Shown here: piece after piece, positions 17,047-25,523 of the stretch
How positions within the stretch are numbered: the first letter of the stretch is position 1
How the letters are laid out: each line of letters opens with the position of its first letter
Assembly (NCBI GenBank): GCA_038065255.1
Contig: JBBTRI010000006.1
Location: 73,240 to 137,239 of the forward strand
Direction: 5' to 3'
Source: Patescibacteria group bacterium
Lineage (GTDB): Bacteria > Patescibacteriota > Patescibacteriia > JACQRZ01
DNA length: 64,000 nucleotides
Made by a program: the position numbers and the translations under genes
The notes under the pieces: model-generated
What the model saw: the letters and a program-made list of their open reading frames with translations, nothing else
The model's database searches: none
What the model was told of the DNA's origin: nothing

Positions 17047-18621
17047 ATGAAAACGATGAGCGATATCGCACGCCGACTCTCGAGGATCAAGCGAATCAAA
17101 ATTACGCCCGATCTTTCGTCATTGAGTGAAAATGCACTCCTTGCGCTTACGTATTGCGTTCAAGCGGCAAGACTTATCACAACCGTTTATCGCAAGCAGG
17201 CGTGGAACGATGATACTGGACTTGCTCTTAAGATGAGTAAGAGGCAGGACGAAGAAGGTAAGCAGATATTTGATTACATGTGTGTTCAGGGAGACCCATG
17301 GGATAGCGGTGATGGTTTTGCGCCGTTTGTTCCTGACTACGATGTAGCTCGTCCACTCGGCGGAGCGCTGTATCCATCTGGACTTACCAAAGCAGGCTGG
17401 GAAGTCCATCTTACCGAGCATCCGGAAGATCAAGAAGCCTTTGAAGATCCAAATACCGTTATTCGCCGACTTAACGACAGGCTCATTGCTATTCCCTATA
17501 GTAATGCCTACCTTAAGGATCTCAAAGATGCTGCTCAACGGCTTGATATGGCATCTGACCTCCTTGATGATGGACCGCTCAAAGAGTATCTCGAATTGCG
17601 TTCGAAGGAACTTATTTCGAATACGTACTGGGATGGCGACATAGCATGGGTGCATACCACAGGCCTGCCATTCGAGATCAACATTGGTCCCTATGAAGTG
17701 CACCGGGATTTGCTTCTGGGTCTGAAGGCAGCATTCCAGGCGTTTATCGGTATCAGGGACGAGGAGTCCACTCGTGACTTCGAAGGCTTTGTGCCACATG
17801 CGCTTGCGTTTGACCAACAACTCGCCCAGTCACACGGCTTTACACCTCGCGGAACATCGATCCCGATGGTTGTAGTGCATGATGTGTATCGTGGAGGAGT
17901 GCTTGCGTTTGGACGTCAGTTTACCGCACAGAATCTTCCGAATGACCGACGCATCCACAAGTTGGTGGGTTCGAGGAAGGTGTTCTCTCGCTTCATGCTC
18001 GATGCAAAGCCGGAGTACATACTACAGCCGATTGCACAACGTATTTTTACCGGAGACAATACCCCGTATTGTACGCCTCGAGCATTCCGCTTGTTTGTGG
18101 GTGCACATGAGATTGCGCACGGCATGGGACCTACGGAAGTTGCCGGCGAACAAGAACACGTGGAAGTGCGTTCGCGCCTCAAGGACTACCACACGATCAT
18201 CGAAGAAGCCAAAGCAGATGCGCTTGGCATAGCTCTTTTGGCATACTGCCGGGATTGCGGATATATCACCGAAGAAGAACTGCGCGATGTCGTATGGACG
18301 CTCTACTCACTCTATTTCAGTGAATTCAAGAGAGGGTTCAAAGGACATGGCGGCGGTAATCTTATTCAGTATAATTGGTTGAGCGAGCGCGGAGCATTCC
18401 AGTTTTCGAGTACTGACGGGACGCTTGACGTAGATGTTGACGCGACGATTGAAGCTCTCAAGGAACTTGCAGATGTGTTCATGGAGATTCAGTCAGGTGG
18501 GAGTAGGAATCGTGCCGCAGACTTTATTGAGGTTTATAGCTCTGTACCGGTCGAGATTCCAGAAATGCTCAAATTGATCGAAGATGTCCCGCTGGACGTT
18601 CATCCGACATTTATCGTTTAA
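17047..18621 (+). CDS. Zinc metallopeptidase, M49 (dipeptidyl-peptidase III)-like
   Basis: HEIAH (HExxH) followed ~35 aa later by EEAKAD (EExxA[DE] second zinc-ligand motif of M49); 524 aa. Confidence 0.45.
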   Translation: MKTMSDIARRLSRIKRIKITPDLSSLSENALLALTYCVQAARLITTVYRKQAWNDDTGLALKMSKRQDEEGKQIFDYMCVQGDPWDSGDGFAPFVPDYDVARPLGGALYPSGLTKAGWEVHLTEHPEDQEAFEDPNTVIRRLNDRLIAIPYSNAYLKDLKDAAQRLDMASDLLDDGPLKEYLELRSKELISNTYWDGDIAWVHTTGLPFEINIGPYEVHRDLLLGLKAAFQAFIGIRDEESTRDFEGFVPHALAFDQQLAQSHGFTPRGTSIPMVVVHDVYRGGVLAFGRQFTAQNLPNDRRIHKLVGSRKVFSRFMLDAKPEYILQPIAQRIFTGDNTPYCTPRAFRLFVGAHEIAHGMGPTEVAGEQEHVEVRSRLKDYHTIIEEAKADALGIALLAYCRDCGYITEEELRDVVWTLYSLYFSEFKRGFKGHGGGNLIQYNWLSERGAFQFSSTDGTLDVDVDATIEALKELADVFMEIQSGGSRNRAADFIEVYSSVPVEIPEMLKLIEDVPLDVHPTFIV

Positions 18622-18642
18622 GACCCCACGGGGTCTTTTTTT
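18622..18642 (+). terminator. Rho-independent terminator (GACCC-cacg-GGGTC + T7)
   Basis: Immediately after stop 18619-18621. Confidence 0.6.
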
Positions 18643-18649
18643 ATACTTT

Positions 18650-18700
18650 ACATACTATGGCAAACTATGCTATAGTATGTCATAATCATATTATTCCTAT
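18650..18700 (+). promoter_or_regulatory. Toxin-antitoxin promoter/operator region with inverted repeat CATACTATGG-N9-CTATAGTATG and TATACT/TATAGT -10-like boxes
   Basis: 8/10 inverted repeat centred ~18665, typical of RHH-antitoxin autoregulated operators. Confidence 0.4.
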
Positions 18701-18702
18701 AT

Positions 18703-18942
18703 ATGCCAAATTATAACATCTCTCTTAATAAAGGACTCGCTCAGATTGTTACTACCGAGATACGGAAGAAAAAATATGCGAACAGGAGTGAATTTTTTCG
18801 TGATCTTATTCGGCGTCGCTATGTATTACGCGAATCAGATGTTGTGATAGATAATATTTTGCCATCGGATCCGGACTATACGCTCGTTCGAAAACGTAAA
18901 AAGAATGCTTCATTTGCTCTTCTTGCAAGCCTCCGGAATTAG
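18703..18942 (+). CDS. Ribbon-helix-helix antitoxin (ParD/RelB-like)
   Basis: 79 aa; NRSEFFRDLIRR RHH signature; directly upstream (3-nt gap) of RelE/ParE toxin. Confidence 0.7.
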   Translation: MPNYNISLNKGLAQIVTTEIRKKKYANRSEFFRDLIRRRYVLRESDVVIDNILPSDPDYTLVRKRKKNASFALLASLRN

Positions 18943-18945
18943 CAT

Positions 18946-19200
18946 ATGTATCTTGTACGTATTGAGCGTCGAGCAGTAAGGGAATTTAAAAAGATTGATG
19001 TTTCTCAACAAAGTATAATTTTAGAAAAAATCTCAAGTATTCTTTCGCTATGTCCATTTCCAAGAGGAGGAAATCCAAAACGACTTAGTGGAACTCAGGC
19101 CTTTCGTTTGCGCATAGGTGATTACAGAGTGCTCTATACCGTCGAAGGGCATTCTGTTTTTATTTATGCAATTCGCCACCGAAAAGATACCTATAGATAG
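18946..19200 (+). CDS. RelE/ParE-family toxin
   Basis: 84 aa; RLRIGDYRVLYTVEG...VFIYAIRHRKDTY matches RelE/ParE core. Confidence 0.8.
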   Translation: MYLVRIERRAVREFKKIDVSQQSIILEKISSILSLCPFPRGGNPKRLSGTQAFRLRIGDYRVLYTVEGHSVFIYAIRHRKDTYR

Positions 19201-19207
19201 TGGTGGA

Positions 19208-19918
19208 ATGTATTCTATGAAGCTCAAAGCAAATCTCCATTTTCATACCCGAGAGGATCCGCAGGATAGCATTCCCTATACGCTTCACGAGGGAATTGAT
19301 GAGGCGGCGCGCCTGCATTTTGATGTACTTGCGCTTACGCTTCATAATAGGTTTGGGTATACAAAAGATGCTGCAGAGTATGCGCGTGAGCGTGGCATTC
19401 TTTTGATCCCGGGGATTGAGAAAACAATTCATGGACGGCATGTCGTATTGTTGAATTGCGATTCCGATGCCGAATCAATTGTCTCTTTTGAAGCCCTCGC
19501 CGAATATCGGAAAAACCATCCTGATTGTTTTGTGCTAGCGCCGCATCCGTACTATGCCGTTTTTTCACTAAAGGAAAAACTTGAACAGTATAGTGATTTG
19601 TTTGATGCTGTAGAATGGAGCTGGTATTATTCCTCATGGTTTCACAGTGCAAACGATTCAGCGCGCGAGTTTGCTAAAAACCATACCAAACCATTTATTG
19701 CAACGTCGGATACGCACAGGCTTCGTTATTTGAATCGATCATACGCCATGATTGATGCTGAATCAAAAGATACTCTGAATATCATCAGTGCACTGCGGCG
19801 TGGCATGTTTGAGAATATATCACGGCCATCTTCCCTCCTCGTAGAAATAATTGCGCATCAACTTTGGATGACAGCAAATGATGAAATTATGCGATTGCTT
19901 GGTAAGAAATGCTTATGA
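19208..19918 (+). CDS. PHP-domain (polymerase/histidinol-phosphatase-like) metal-dependent phosphoesterase
   Basis: LHFHTRED (HxH), later HPYY and DTH motifs; start set at ATG 19208 just after toxin stop rather than overlapping ORF-track start 19118. Confidence 0.6.
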   Translation: MYSMKLKANLHFHTREDPQDSIPYTLHEGIDEAARLHFDVLALTLHNRFGYTKDAAEYARERGILLIPGIEKTIHGRHVVLLNCDSDAESIVSFEALAEYRKNHPDCFVLAPHPYYAVFSLKEKLEQYSDLFDAVEWSWYYSSWFHSANDSAREFAKNHTKPFIATSDTHRLRYLNRSYAMIDAESKDTLNIISALRRGMFENISRPSSLLVEIIAHQLWMTANDEIMRLLGKKCL

Positions 19919-19955
19919 CGCGTCCTTTTAATGAAACATATGCAACTCCAGACTC

Positions 19956-20498
19956 TTGCCAGACAGATCTAAATATGAGATTCTTTCTCAGGTTTCCCTC
20001 AATCATGATTTCCTAGTATATATGGAAGCGTTAAAACAAGAGTATATAACAGTAACCTTAACGTCAGGACAGCTTGAAGATTTGGTGCGCTGTATGTATT
20101 TGGCGCAATGGATGATCAATGGCATCCATACCGAAGATGAGAAGAATAACCGCTATGAACAGCTTGAACAGTACGTGTATGCGCTTGCTAAGCGAGAGGG
20201 AGTGGGGGATATAATCGAGTTTCTTGAAGATCAGAAGAAATTTGCGCTTAAGGATGAATTTGTGGAAACAAACGATGTGGAACAATATCGGCGTAAATAT
20301 GATGATGAAATTTTTTGGAGTGAGCTTATTCAGCGATTAACTGTGCGCGACGTTGTTAATCAGTGGGGGCTCGAGTCGCTATCATCCGTTGGTACACGTG
20401 AAGAAGTGGAACGGCGGCAGCCGTTCTTGCGGAAGTACATTGAGGAGTTCGAAAAAAATGGCGTGCAAAACCTCGTAATAAAAGAGCCAGTGTTATGA
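19956..20498 (+). CDS. Hypothetical protein (acidic, helical)
   Basis: ORF-track start is TTG 19956; first in-frame ATG at 20022; no motif recognised. Confidence 0.4.
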   Translation: MPDRSKYEILSQVSLNHDFLVYMEALKQEYITVTLTSGQLEDLVRCMYLAQWMINGIHTEDEKNNRYEQLEQYVYALAKREGVGDIIEFLEDQKKFALKDEFVETNDVEQYRRKYDDEIFWSELIQRLTVRDVVNQWGLESLSSVGTREEVERRQPFLRKYIEEFEKNGVQNLVIKEPVL

Positions 20499-20505
20499 AA
20501 CTTAT

Positions 20506-21300
20506 ATGAGCCGGCTTATTGAATTTGAAAATCACAAAGGCGAAGTGCTGAGAGGTATTCTTGACGAAGCGGAAGGCGAACAGGCGATTGTTTTTGTGCA
20601 TGGTTTTGAACGCACAACAATCGAATCGAAATTCAAGCGCATTGTTGATGCGCTGCGGGGCGAGGTAACTCTTTTTCGGTTTGATTTTTCCGGCTGCGGG
20701 CTTTCCGATGGTACCTTTGAAGATCTGACTGTTGAAAAATTGTCCCAAGAGCTTGCATGTGCAGTCGGTGAACTCCACAAGCAGTGTCCCCATGTTCAGA
20801 GCATTTCGTTTGTCGGGTTTTCCTTGGGATGCTGCGTTATTACAAATTGTCTTTTGCGACATAGTATCAAGGCAAAAAAGCTTGTCTTTTTTGCCCCTGG
20901 CTTTAACCAGAAACAATTGTTGCGATATTTTTTTACCAGGCAATGCAATCGGGATAAGAATGTCACCTGGGAAAACTATCAGAAGTATTTTGACGAAAAT
21001 GCATTTCAGCAGAATATCTTGCTTTCAAAACACTTAATGAAAGAGCACTATCTTTCGAACACCTACTTTATCGAGAATGCCGAGAAAGATTATCAGAGTG
21101 ATTTCATATCTCTTGGAATCGATCCTGCCAATGTTTTGATACTCCAAGGTGTTGTTGACGATAAAGTCCCACCTTCGAGCAATGCGGAAAGTTACAAGGC
21201 ATACAACCCGTTGTTTGTGGATGGAGGGGATCACGATCTTCAACGCCCTGATATGGTTGAGCAGTATGCTCCTCAACTCATTTCATTTCTCACTACATAG
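20506..21300 (+). CDS. Alpha/beta-fold hydrolase
   Basis: VHGFE oxyanion region, GFSLG nucleophile elbow (GxSxG), C-terminal Asp/His; 264 aa. Confidence 0.7.
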   Translation: MSRLIEFENHKGEVLRGILDEAEGEQAIVFVHGFERTTIESKFKRIVDALRGEVTLFRFDFSGCGLSDGTFEDLTVEKLSQELACAVGELHKQCPHVQSISFVGFSLGCCVITNCLLRHSIKAKKLVFFAPGFNQKQLLRYFFTRQCNRDKNVTWENYQKYFDENAFQQNILLSKHLMKEHYLSNTYFIENAEKDYQSDFISLGIDPANVLILQGVVDDKVPPSSNAESYKAYNPLFVDGGDHDLQRPDMVEQYAPQLISFLTT

Positions 21301-21306
21301 CGCACA

Positions 21307-21789
21307 ATGATTGCAGTTCTCCACAATATTCGCAGTATCCATAATGTCGGTTCGATTTTTCGAACTGCCGATGCTGTCGGTATTGCAAAGCTTTTTTTGT
21401 GCGGCATAACGCCTGCGCCAATTGACGACTATGGACGGCAACGAAGCGCTCTATTGAAAGTGTCGCTAGGCGCCGAGCAAAGTGTCTACTGGGAATCGGC
21501 GTCGTCAACTCTTGATGTTCTCATGGATCTTCGTACACAGGGGTATATTCTCTGCGCTTTAGAGCAAGCGCCGTCATCTATTTCGCTCTACTCGTATCCT
21601 TTCGCTGTGGATATACTTGATCGGTTGGCAATCATTGTGGGTAATGAAATCGACGGATTACCGCAGGATGTCATGCAGTTAGCTGACGCGATTGTCCACA
21701 TTCCTATGTATGGAAATAAGGAATCACTCAATGTGTCAGTTGCTTTTGGTATTTGTGTCTATTCGATCCTTGAGCGAACAAAAAAATGA
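21307..21789 (+). CDS. SpoU/TrmH-class (SPOUT) RNA 2'-O-methyltransferase, TrmL-sized
   Basis: HNIRSIHNVGSIFRTADAVG (motif 1), IVGNEIDGL (motif 2), ESLNVSVAFGICVY (motif 3); 160 aa. Confidence 0.75.
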   Translation: MIAVLHNIRSIHNVGSIFRTADAVGIAKLFLCGITPAPIDDYGRQRSALLKVSLGAEQSVYWESASSTLDVLMDLRTQGYILCALEQAPSSISLYSYPFAVDILDRLAIIVGNEIDGLPQDVMQLADAIVHIPMYGNKESLNVSVAFGICVYSILERTKK

Positions 21790-21888
21790 ACCACCGCTAG
21801 TTTGCTCATGAGTTGAAAAGGAGAGCTCAACATGATATACTTACCTTAATTGATTGGATGCCCTTTCACACATAGGTAAGACTGGTCT

Positions 21889-22461
21889 ATGGATATATCT
21901 TCTGACACTGGCCTCATTGAGGCTGCGAAGAACAATCCGGAGCATTTTGGACTTCTCTATGAAAAATATAGCGAGAAGGTGTTCAATTTTTTCTATTTTC
22001 ATGTCAATTTCCGCCGTGACGTAGCTGAAGATCTCCGGCAGGAAACATTTTTAAAAGCATTCACCAAAATCTCACAGTTTTCATTTACAAACAATACATC
22101 GTCATACCTCACCTATCTTTTGACGATTGCCCACAATCTACTGGTAAATTATTACCGCGATTGCGAAAAGACTATTTCACTTGATGAGAGGCCGGAATTA
22201 GTGGAAGGTGTCACAATGTCACTGGAAGCACATCTCGATATTGAAGTGATCAAAAAAGTAGTTCATGAACTTCCTTTGTATGAAAAGGAAATTTTCTTGT
22301 TGCGATATGAGATCCAGCTATCGATCACAGAAATTGCTCAAGCAATCCAGAAGACGGAAAATGCCGTTAAACTCATGCTTTCCCGTGCTCGCAAGAAGCT
22401 TGCACAGCACCCCTCACTTAAAGATATGGTCGTTTTGCAGCATGGATATAATCATTCGTAA
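21889..22461 (+). CDS. RNA polymerase sigma factor, ECF (sigma-70 regions 2 and 4) subfamily
   Basis: Region 2 (FYFHVNFRRDVAEDLRQETFLKAF) and region 4 HTH (LSITEIAQAIQKTENAVKLMLSRARKKL). Confidence 0.8.
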   Translation: MDISSDTGLIEAAKNNPEHFGLLYEKYSEKVFNFFYFHVNFRRDVAEDLRQETFLKAFTKISQFSFTNNTSSYLTYLLTIAHNLLVNYYRDCEKTISLDERPELVEGVTMSLEAHLDIEVIKKVVHELPLYEKEIFLLRYEIQLSITEIAQAIQKTENAVKLMLSRARKKLAQHPSLKDMVVLQHGYNHS

Positions 22462-22482
22462 CGAGCATGTATCATGCTTCAT

Positions 22483-22515
22483 TGACAGTGTTGGTGATTC
22501 ACTAAATACCTCAGG
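22483..22515 (+). promoter_or_regulatory. Promoter-like TTGACA-N15-TAAATA following hairpin GAGCATG-tat-CATGCTT
   Basis: Same hairpin-then-TTGACA architecture seen at other intergenic regions; would drive transcript through 22520-22975. Confidence 0.3.
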
Positions 22516-22670
22516 CGATTGATGACACGTTTTTGTTCGCGAGGTGTTACATAGAGTATTAGAAGGCGTTAGGCGGCAAGGAGGTCGACCTCGCTGGCAA
22601 ACCTAATCGGCAGTTCATTCATAACTTAATTCATAACTATAAGTGTTAGTCACTAGAAGGAGTTTCGAAT

Positions 22671-22772
22671 ATGACCACCATCATTGCGTTCAGTCATTTA
22701 TATGAAAGGGCGTATGAATCAGTTGCAATGCTGCTCCGGCAACGTATTCGATCAGATTATGATGACAATTAG
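22671..22772 (+). CDS. Candidate small ORF (33 aa, MTTIIAFSHLYERAYESVAMLLRQRIRSDYDDN) with canonical SD
   Basis: AAGGAG 8 nt upstream of ATG 22671; overlaps a 84-aa ORF (22684..22938) in another frame that ends exactly at terminator 22938-22975; which, if either, is translated is unresolved. Confidence 0.25.
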   Translation: MTTIIAFSHLYERAYESVAMLLRQRIRSDYDDN

Positions 22773-22937
22773 GTATAGGAAATACCACAATCCTTTCATG
22801 GTTTCTTACAATTCGACGCCAGTATCAAAACTTCTTCAAGAAGTTATTCTATGCCCCCTATCAGGGCATACCACGCGAGCACAGCATTGCTCGATGCCGC
22901 ATGATAAAGCGCGGCAGATTCTAAGACAAGAGACATA

Positions 22938-22975
22938 ATCCCGTTATCAACACCCATGGATAACGGGATTTGTCT
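22938..22975 (+). terminator. Rho-independent terminator (ATCCCGTTATC-loop-GATAACGGGAT + T-rich)
   Basis: Perfect 11-bp inverted repeat with 10-nt loop, followed by TTTGTCTATTTAT. Confidence 0.6.
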
Positions 22976-23012
22976 ATTTATGATAGGATATTCGTATATT
23001 CCATGACGTTGT

Positions 23013-24914
23013 ATGAACACCTTTTTTCAAAAAAGCAGTATAGGCATCCTTGTGTGCGCACTCTGCTGGAGCGGTGTGCAGAGTACGGATGCACAAACAG
23101 CGTTTCATTTTTCATCTTCCAAACAAACGGTCAGAGAGCTTCGCGAAACTACCGTACTGCGGTGGGATGCAACAGCGCTTGATGCTGATTATTGCGAGGC
23201 TTCCGGATTTTGGAAAGGAAAGAAAGCTTTGCGTGGGACTCAAGAGGTGAGGCCATGGCTTGACGGGAATTATTATGCGCTCAAGTGCGTTCCCAAAGAT
23301 TCGAATAAAAAACCCGTTACTCTTACTGTGACCATAGATGTTGACAAAGATGTCTTGCCGGAGTATGGAGGATTTCCTGCGATCGATTTTTCCGCAGACA
23401 GCCTTATAATCGAAGAAGGCGGAAGTGCAAAGCTCACGTGGGATGCTCAGGGTGCTGATTATTGCTATGGATATCACAGTACGGCACCAGGTTCGCAAGG
23501 GGATATCAGAGACGAATGGAGCGAAGCGAATGGTCTTGATCCAAAAGGGTCAATAATTATCCATCCACGCGCATCAGGAAGGTACCAGATATCGTGTACC
23601 CTAAAAACCAAATCAACAAACTATTCAAACAGCGAAAGTATCTCTATAACTGTAGGACCGAAGAAACCGACAATTGTTCTTACCGCAAGCAAGCAGTCAG
23701 TAGAGCGAGGGTCGTCTGTTGATCTTTCATGGAACGCACCGGGAGCGCAGAAGTGCTATTCGCTTGCGTATATTCCAAATAAAGACGGATATTTTGCGCA
23801 AGTGGATTTTACGAGTTCTTGGTATAGCCAAAGCCTGCCCATTCAGGGATCAATCACGCTTACGCCATTGTTTTCCACGCAATACTATTTGAATTGTACC
23901 TGGAAAGATGGCGAGCGGGGGAGTACCGCGTCTCAGCGCGCTGTTGCAAAAGTTGCTGTAACAAACTACGGCAGAGATCTCACACCTCCTGCAATACCCA
24001 TTCATACGCCGACCATCATGTCATTTTTTACCGAGCCGATATCTGTTTTTGCCGGAGAAAAAGTATTTGCTGCATGGAAGGCGTTTGATGCTGAACGTTG
24101 TTCATTTGTATCCTATGCCCTAAACAGCTTGGGTGGTGATGATGTCAAAAAGCAACTTCCAATTGAAGGGTCGGGTTCATTTACTCCTCTGAAAAGCGGC
24201 AGATATGGAATTTCATGCACGGCAGAAACCTATGTGCGCGATGAATTGGGCTTAGATTTTGCCACAACAGCCCGCGATGAAGAATGGGAGGATATTGTTG
24301 TCATAACCCCTGAAGACCTTAAGAAAAAACGTGAGGAGCAGGCAAAAGCTTTAACAATCACCTTTTCAACAGACAAGGAAATTGTTGCAAAGGGTAAGAC
24401 TGCATATTTCACATGGGATGCGGTGAATGCAACATCCTGTGTGGCAAAGGGGCCGGCATGGTGGAAGAGCGGAAGGGCATCACGAGGCAGTTTCGAAATC
24501 AAACCCGAGTATACTGCGAAGCACCAACTTGAATGTATCAATGACACAGTTTCCCCTCCTATTAAACGAGTTGCTGAACTTGCAATTACTGTTGTACCCG
24601 CTAATGCTCCGTCGTGGCTTCTTACGAATCCTACACAAAAACCATTTATCGAATTTAAGGTAGACAAAACCACTGTTGAAAAAAAGAAAGCTGTCACATT
24701 CTCGTGGATTGCTTCCTATGCGGAAAGCTGCCGAGGTGAAGGGGCTGCAGCCGGATGGAAAGGAAAGAAAAAACCAACAGGAAGCCACATCCTTTATCTT
24801 CAAGCTGATTACGAAGTTACGCAGCCGTATAGGCTTATTTGCTCCAATAGAAACGGAACAGTTACCTCGCAGGATATTCGCCTATCATTTGCAAAAAAGG
24901 CGAAAAAGAAATAA
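23013..24914 (+). CDS. Secreted protein with six ~100-aa repeats each carrying a conserved Trp and Cys pair (Ig-like/disulfide repeats)
   Basis: Signal peptide MNTFFQKSSIGILVCALCWSGVQSTDAQ; repeats with W[DN]A..A..C ... C[TS/IN] spacing (LTWDAQGADYCYG, LSWNAPGAQKCYS, FTWDAVNATSCVA, FSWIASYAESCRG); K-rich C-terminus. Confidence 0.7.
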   Translation: MNTFFQKSSIGILVCALCWSGVQSTDAQTAFHFSSSKQTVRELRETTVLRWDATALDADYCEASGFWKGKKALRGTQEVRPWLDGNYYALKCVPKDSNKKPVTLTVTIDVDKDVLPEYGGFPAIDFSADSLIIEEGGSAKLTWDAQGADYCYGYHSTAPGSQGDIRDEWSEANGLDPKGSIIIHPRASGRYQISCTLKTKSTNYSNSESISITVGPKKPTIVLTASKQSVERGSSVDLSWNAPGAQKCYSLAYIPNKDGYFAQVDFTSSWYSQSLPIQGSITLTPLFSTQYYLNCTWKDGERGSTASQRAVAKVAVTNYGRDLTPPAIPIHTPTIMSFFTEPISVFAGEKVFAAWKAFDAERCSFVSYALNSLGGDDVKKQLPIEGSGSFTPLKSGRYGISCTAETYVRDELGLDFATTARDEEWEDIVVITPEDLKKKREEQAKALTITFSTDKEIVAKGKTAYFTWDAVNATSCVAKGPAWWKSGRASRGSFEIKPEYTAKHQLECINDTVSPPIKRVAELAITVVPANAPSWLLTNPTQKPFIEFKVDKTTVEKKKAVTFSWIASYAESCRGEGAAAGWKGKKKPTGSHILYLQADYEVTQPYRLICSNRNGTVTSQDIRLSFAKKAKKK

Positions 24915-24971
24915 AGCACCTTGACATACTGGCGGAATGCCATACACTGGCACCGTGAGATTATTGTACCT

Positions 24972-25523
24972 ATGAAAATCAATACAACATCAATTCCTGA
25001 CCTTCTCTATATCACCGATATCCCAATCTTTTCTGATGAGCGAGGAAGTTTCCGAACGCCATTCAGAATAGATATGGGTACCTATCCTCAACTTGCATGG
25101 CTTGAGACTAAGCAGTGGAATATCTCTGAAAATGAGCGGGGAGCGACACGCGGCATTCATGCGGAACCCTGGAATAAGTTTGTGCATGTGATTACCGGCA
25201 AAGCCTTTGCCGCTATTGTCGACCTTACTTTTGGTGAAGCCCCTCGACGTATAGAAATATTCGAGCTGGATGCAACATGTGCATTATATATTCCCAAAGG
25301 TTGCGGTAATTCATTCCAAGCTCTTGACTTCACCATTTATGCGTATTTGACGAGTGAGCTATGGCAGGCCGGAGAAAAATACTTAGCCGTGTCGCTCGAT
25401 GATCCAGAATTGGCGATAGACTGGCCGATTAAGGATCCCGAACGGATCATAAGCGATAAAGATCGTGCGCTTCCAACATGCGTTGAAGTGTTTGGTGAAA
25501 AAATGGTTGTTGGCTATGATTGA
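24972..25523 (+). CDS. rmlC: dTDP-4-dehydrorhamnose 3,5-epimerase (cupin, RmlC)
   Basis: IFSDERGSF, HAEPWNKFVHVITG, LYIPKGCGNSFQAL motifs of RmlC; ORF-track start 24921 is TTG, ATG 24972 chosen; TTGACA-like box at 24921. Confidence 0.8.
   Translation: MKINTTSIPDLLYITDIPIFSDERGSFRTPFRIDMGTYPQLAWLETKQWNISENERGATRGIHAEPWNKFVHVITGKAFAAIVDLTFGEAPRRIEIFELDATCALYIPKGCGNSFQALDFTIYAYLTSELWQAGEKYLAVSLDDPELAIDWPIKDPERIISDKDRALPTCVEVFGEKMVVGYD

Noticed and set aside
17119-17820. 233-aa minus-strand ORF inside the M49-like peptidase gene
   Set aside because: Fully antisense to a + strand gene with recognisable motifs; no independent signals
19118-19207. ORF-track start 19118 of the PHP gene overlapping the RelE/ParE toxin by 83 nt
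   Set aside because: ATG 19208 immediately after the toxin stop gives MYSMKLKANLHFHT with the PHP HxH motif at the expected N-terminal position
20356-20943. 195-aa minus-strand ORF spanning the 3' end of 19956..20498 and the 5' end of the hydrolase gene
   Set aside because: Antisense to two well-supported + strand genes; basic, low-complexity translation
24921-25515. TTG/GTG upstream starts for rmlC (24921) and rmlD (25465)
   Set aside because: Non-ATG codons; RmlC/RmlD homolog N-termini align with the downstream ATGs (24972, 25516)
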